Shown here piece by piece: positions 60,031 to 64,000 of a DNA stretch of 64,000 bases (position 1 is the first letter of the stretch; every line of letters starts with the position of its first letter). The DNA is from Anthoceros angustus (Eukaryota; Plantae; Anthocerotophyta): the NCBI GenBank assembly GCA_010909165.1, contig MU008168.1, positions 248,001 to 312,000 on the forward strand, in the 5' to 3' direction. The notes under the pieces are model-generated. The model had not been told where the DNA came from. It did no database searches and saw nothing but the letters and a program-made list of their open reading frames with translations. The position numbers and the translations under genes were made by a program.

Positions 60031-61497
60031 AAAAGAGAATGGGGTATGAGTTGGACACGTTCCCCTGCAACTATATCATGCGGATGTATGCCTACCATGG
60101 CAGATTGCAAGATGTGGCGGATGTGTTTACCGTGGTTGAGCAACCGATGAGCCTGAAAAAAAGGTCGACCACGATACTGGCCAATGCTTCTACGTTTTGA
60201 ACACTGCAGTTTCGGCCTAGTTAAGACCCATGTTGGAGGACCGTTTATGCCAGTTAAGTTACCAGGATTTAAACACTAGGTCATAAACCAATCGCTAGGC
60301 TTGGTCACCGTAACCTCCCACTTCGAGTTTGGCCCATGACCTTTCAAACTAGCATGGTCAGAGGGTTTCTTGCTTCTTGCACTCCGATATAAACGCATGT
60401 TTCTGTTGGTTTGAGTCGAAACTCATCGGCCAAGCGGTCGAAACTCGTCGGCCAACCGTCGGCCTAAGTCTCGCCGGTTATCCGGCGTCCCTATCCGCAA
60501 GCACGCTCGTTTGTGAACGGCATTTTCTGAACAACGGTAGACCCCACATTTTCTAAACAACCGTAGAAGAAGTCGTGACACATGTGGAGTTGCAAGACCA
60601 AGAGATCATTGTCAAGGGGCTCAAGAGCTCTCAAGCAGATGGCGGTGTGGGCACCTTAAGGGCATGTCTGTCAATTGCATCATACTCAAAACCCTAGCAG
60701 TATGAGAAAAGAAAACCCTAGCTAACAGCTATCCAACAAACACTTCTTTGACCATGCAGCTGGAGGAGACTTCTCGTATTTGTGTCACTTTGTCCCTCCA
60801 CTACTATACGAAAAACCTGAGAGTGTGAGACACCATCTTGTACTTGATCTAATCCGGGATATGTAGACGTAAAAAGGCTAGCAAGAGAGGGCAGAGCTAG
60901 ATGTGGCGGAGCTTGCTTCCTCCATTCACAGAGCAACCAGAACCTCAAAGTCAGTGTTCAACGAAGGGCAGATGCCCACATCCTTAACCATCCGCCGCAA
61001 AGTTGTGAACCTAGTGGAGGCCTCCACCAATGAGAGATTTGCAGCACACCAAGCATTTTGAATTCGTAGTGCCTGTGATAGAAACCCCATCAACCGTGGA
61101 AACGGTGTAAGCCCCCATGATCGATTCTCCAGCGGAACCACCTCTCCGCGCAGCTTATCCGCGAGACGATGGCTAATGCCAGCACTAAGGCGGTGGTACA
61201 TGTCATGGGAGCCCTACAATACTGCACCCCCTGGCGTGGACTCGAATGCCAGGCCCCCGTCACTACACCAAAGGAGGGGCCTTTGAAACAAACTGTTTGT
61301 AGTAGAAAAGACCGGGTTGTAATGATTTCTAGAATTTGTAATAGTAGATGGCACAAATAACTATAACCAACAAGGCGCAAGGACTCACTAGGTAGCAGGC
61401 CCCATCTCTAGTCCCGGCGGAAGGACGCTACTGGACCGGTATGGGGTGCTGTCTTTCCTTAGTTAAATGACCTCGAATCTTAACCATGTCTGACTCA

Positions 61498-61782
61498 CTA
61501 GAAGACCAGGGTTGGGTCCAATATGTAACGGAAACTAAAATTGTGACATAAAATGTCATCCAAACTTTTACAAAGGCCCCTTCTCTTGTGTAGTGCGCTA
61601 CACATTTTGGACAGCTCTACCAGGGTCTTCTTGAGGGTGGCTATTGTAGGAAGAAACCAAGCCCAAGCTTCACAAGAAACATCACATAAATCCCAAGCAA
61701 TACAATCTACCTCCTCAAAGTATGAGAAACTAAAGAGCCTCAGCATTGTCATATAATTGTTTGATGTCTCAAATGAAGACAA
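61498..61782 (-). mobile_element. Possible hAT transposase C-terminal (dimerisation) remnant
   Basis: WFLPTIATLKKTLVELSKMCSA..HKRR..SLDDILCHNF loosely resembles P.L...A...LS...SA..H.KRRN.L..DL...N. Confidence 0.3.
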
Positions 61783-63436
61783 TAGCTATAGTGTACTATG
61801 CAAGAGGCTATGGCAATGCATATGTTCATCCGCCTTGAGCCTGCTCGGCAAAGCATGTTAGATACGAGGTTAATTTAGATTAATTTTTCTTTATTAAAAA
61901 TAACTTCATCTCTCAATTTAATTCTAATAAGATATAATAATTCAAAATATAAGAATTTTTATATTTTATATTAAAAATATAATTCTAATTTTTATTTTCT
62001 ATATTTATATATATTATATAAAATTTAGAATTATATATTTAATATATATTTTATATAAAATATAAGAATTCCGAATTTTTTATTTCCCAACTATTCCAAA
62101 AATTAGAACTTATGTACAATGTAACTCATGGTTTTTCGGATTTTCAAGCGATAATACTTATGAGAAAAAACTTATTAGAGGGATGAGTATAGCTTATTCT
62201 ACAAGATGTAACGACGTGCAACACTAGATATTTTTTTAGTATATAACATTAGATAAACTGCAAATTCTCATAAAAAAAAGACAAAGGATAAGGGAGCCCA
62301 AAGATCCTTAACCTAAAACTAGAGTAATAAGGACGTACTTACCTACAAACCAATCATTCAATAATCAGTTTCTAAATTGTAAAAAGATGTGCAATGTCCA
62401 AGTCCCCTTTGAAGAAGGTAAGCAACCCCTTTTTGCACTCTATTATGATTGTATCCACCTGAATCACAATTCAAAATGGATTCAAACTCAACGACGGACT
62501 TCTGTAACTCGCTCTTGCAATAAACTTTCCCCTATGATACCAGAAGTGGCCTTTTTCTATAGAGATATTCTCGGTATTCATCAAAAATATTTACAAGTCC
62601 GTTTAGAGCACACGCAAAAAAAGGGGGGGAGAAAACACCTACAAATCTAGCAACTCTATCAAAAGATGAACAACGCACGCCAAAAGTAATCCTGTCGAGG
62701 CAGATTTGATGGGTGAGGGAAAGGAAGAATGGTGTGGGCTCAACCATATTTAGCGTGAGTGTGAATGCAAAACGTGAAAAAAACATATGTGAAACTTGGT
62801 AAAGGTGCATTTGGTCAGCCTCATGTTCTATTCTGAATTGAAATAAGGTCTCACAATGAAAGGTGTCACAGGGAAACATATTGAAACAAGGTCTCACGAG
62901 GAAAGGTCTCACAGGGGAAATCCATATGCCCCATGAGCGTCGATTCAGAGTCTAATTGTAATTCATTGTGTACTTACTAATGGTGCCGGTGGATTACAGG
63001 CTAGCTATTGCCATTTATATGTATCCTTTGAGGTTAACTCAATAGCTTTTGTGTTGTTTGCAATCACTTTTTGAACATAGTCTAGCAACAATCATAAGCT
63101 ATAGAACCGATTGAAAATTTTGAAAGGGCTCAAGATGAGCTTGCATATTATTAGGATGATAGTCTTCAAAATAAATTTTTAGATAATTTAGTGCTACAAG
63201 CGAGTGTCTCATATATATTCAAATTGGTATTATTCTTACGCATATCTCCCGCTTAATAGATAATATGTCCAGCTCGTTATTATGGTACCAATAGAGGATA
63301 AAATACAACCATGAGAGTTTTCAAGAAAAAAATACAACCCTAAAGTTAGCTATCATTAGTAAACCTTAACCTTTTCTCTTATACTTACCTATCTTTAATC
63401 ACCTCAATGCAATCTAAACTATTGATACCCCTATCT

Positions 63437-64000
63437 TTATGCTATGAACCCTGAGGGAGTCTTTTTTGCAAAAAAAGCATTTCCTCTTCTGTAAAATGTA
63501 TCCTTGACAATAGGCTTTCTAGCATGGGCTGGCTTAGCATAGTTATATGTCTCTACGCCTGTACCGTATTCCTCATATGCTGTTTTATAACCCCAACCAC
63601 TTTCTTTTTTAAGATGAATATTATTGTTATTGTAAGCTCCACGATGTGGGCAATAATACGTTTGTTTGTGACATCTATAACAATGCTCTGTAGTTGCTAA
63701 ACCAGCTCTACCTATATCATACAAATATTTAGGTCCATCAAATCGTGTTGGGACTCTATGCATATCAAAACTAACACCTTGGTCCTTTAGACGTTTAGCA
63801 TCCATTTCAATAGTTTTCTTTGCATGTTTTTCCTCAAGTAGCAATTGTTCACGATATTGGTTGGTCCTAAGTGTATTGCTAAATTCATCTCTTTTAGAGA
63901 AATCACTGGTCCAAAAGCCAAGCTTTTTATCTTGGCCAGAGTCAACATATCGACTTGATGAAAAGTAAGGATCTCCATCAGCAATCCAAGGATGAGCGTT
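63437..64000 (-). CDS. AT-rich hypothetical protein, 5' end beyond the window
   Basis: Frame open from 64000 to the stop at 63437 (187 codons): ..DGDPYF..KKLGFWTSDFSKRDEFSNTLRTNQYREQLLLE..YLYDIGR..HCYRCHKQTYYCPH..YAKPAHARKPIVKDTFYRRGNAF. Confidence 0.7.
   Translation of the reverse strand, partial: NAHPWIADGDPYFSSSRYVDSGQDKKLGFWTSDFSKRDEFSNTLRTNQYREQLLLEEKHAKKTIEMDAKRLKDQGVSFDMHRVPTRFDGPKYLYDIGRAGLATTEHCYRCHKQTYYCPHRGAYNNNNIHLKKESGWGYKTAYEEYGTGVETYNYAKPAHARKPIVKDTFYRRGNAFFAKKTPSGFIA

Larger units (their letters stand above)
44930..60147. repeat. Direct segmental duplication of a ~4-kb module: copy A 44930-48975, copy B 53725-57602 plus 60041-60147
   Basis: Colinear 2-ODD exon / CEP120 / PPR-fragment order in both copies; copy B is interrupted by a retroelement. 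Confidence 0.93.
57275..60147 (+). pseudogene. PPR pseudogene fragment, copy B, split by a retroelement (57275-57602 and 60041-60147)
   Basis: Copy A reads GTGGGAAGGGGGTATGAG; here GTGGGAAGGGG ends at about 57602 and GGGGTATGAG resumes at 60041. Confidence 0.85.

Noticed and set aside
60150-61400. Retroelement or TE ORF remnants
   Set aside because: Short repeats and small ORFs are present, but no diagnostic motif was recognised.
61395-61450. SRP-RNA helix-8-like hairpin (GGCGGAAGGACGC)
   Set aside because: Weak stem and no remainder of a 7SL structure or Pol III promoter.
62390-62530. Possible TPR-like exon on the minus strand (KSVVEFESILNCD..QKGVAYLL)
   Set aside because: Short, with no partner exons identified; cannot be supported without a search.
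1-64000. tRNA, rRNA, snRNA genes, hammerhead ribozymes, telomeric arrays
   Set aside because: No cloverleaf/T-loop, rRNA or snRNA signatures seen; ATACTTACC hits are reverse-strand splice donors.

Overview
Eukaryotic, gene-dense land-plant nuclear DNA with short GT-AG introns. A lineage with flagellated sperm is indicated by SPAG16/PF20, TTC29 and CEP120; a hornwort is my best inference, from the WW-type 'PGxSWW' box in the PPR protein and the compact introns. 1-13.2 kb is a large composite DNA-transposon region: a frameshifted Sola-like (DUF7869-type) DDD transposase, cargo ORFs (ParB-like, RING, coiled-coil), a 2.2-kb tandem duplication and an inverted diverged transposase fragment. 14.7-25.7 kb holds housekeeping genes (URH1/NSH1, SEC62, plastid RPL28, RH57/DDX52) and two strong hairpins, one very pre-miRNA-like. 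27-33 kb is an AT-rich head-to-head pair of axonemal genes (SPAG16, TTC29). 36-40 kb is a fused PLS-class PPR gene. 40-60 kb is a rearranged zone: copia gag remnant, TIR element, a duplicated [2-ODD fragment / 5'-truncated CEP120 / PPR fragment] module, an F-box gene, a URH pseudogene and a CRE-like non-LTR retroelement fused to a SINE-like element. An AT-rich unnamed ORF runs off the right end. Caveat: repeated segments carry many indels at homopolymers and CAG/CTG sites, typical of unpolished long-read consensus, so many frameshifts may be artefacts. All identifications come from motif recognition by eye; no searches were run.
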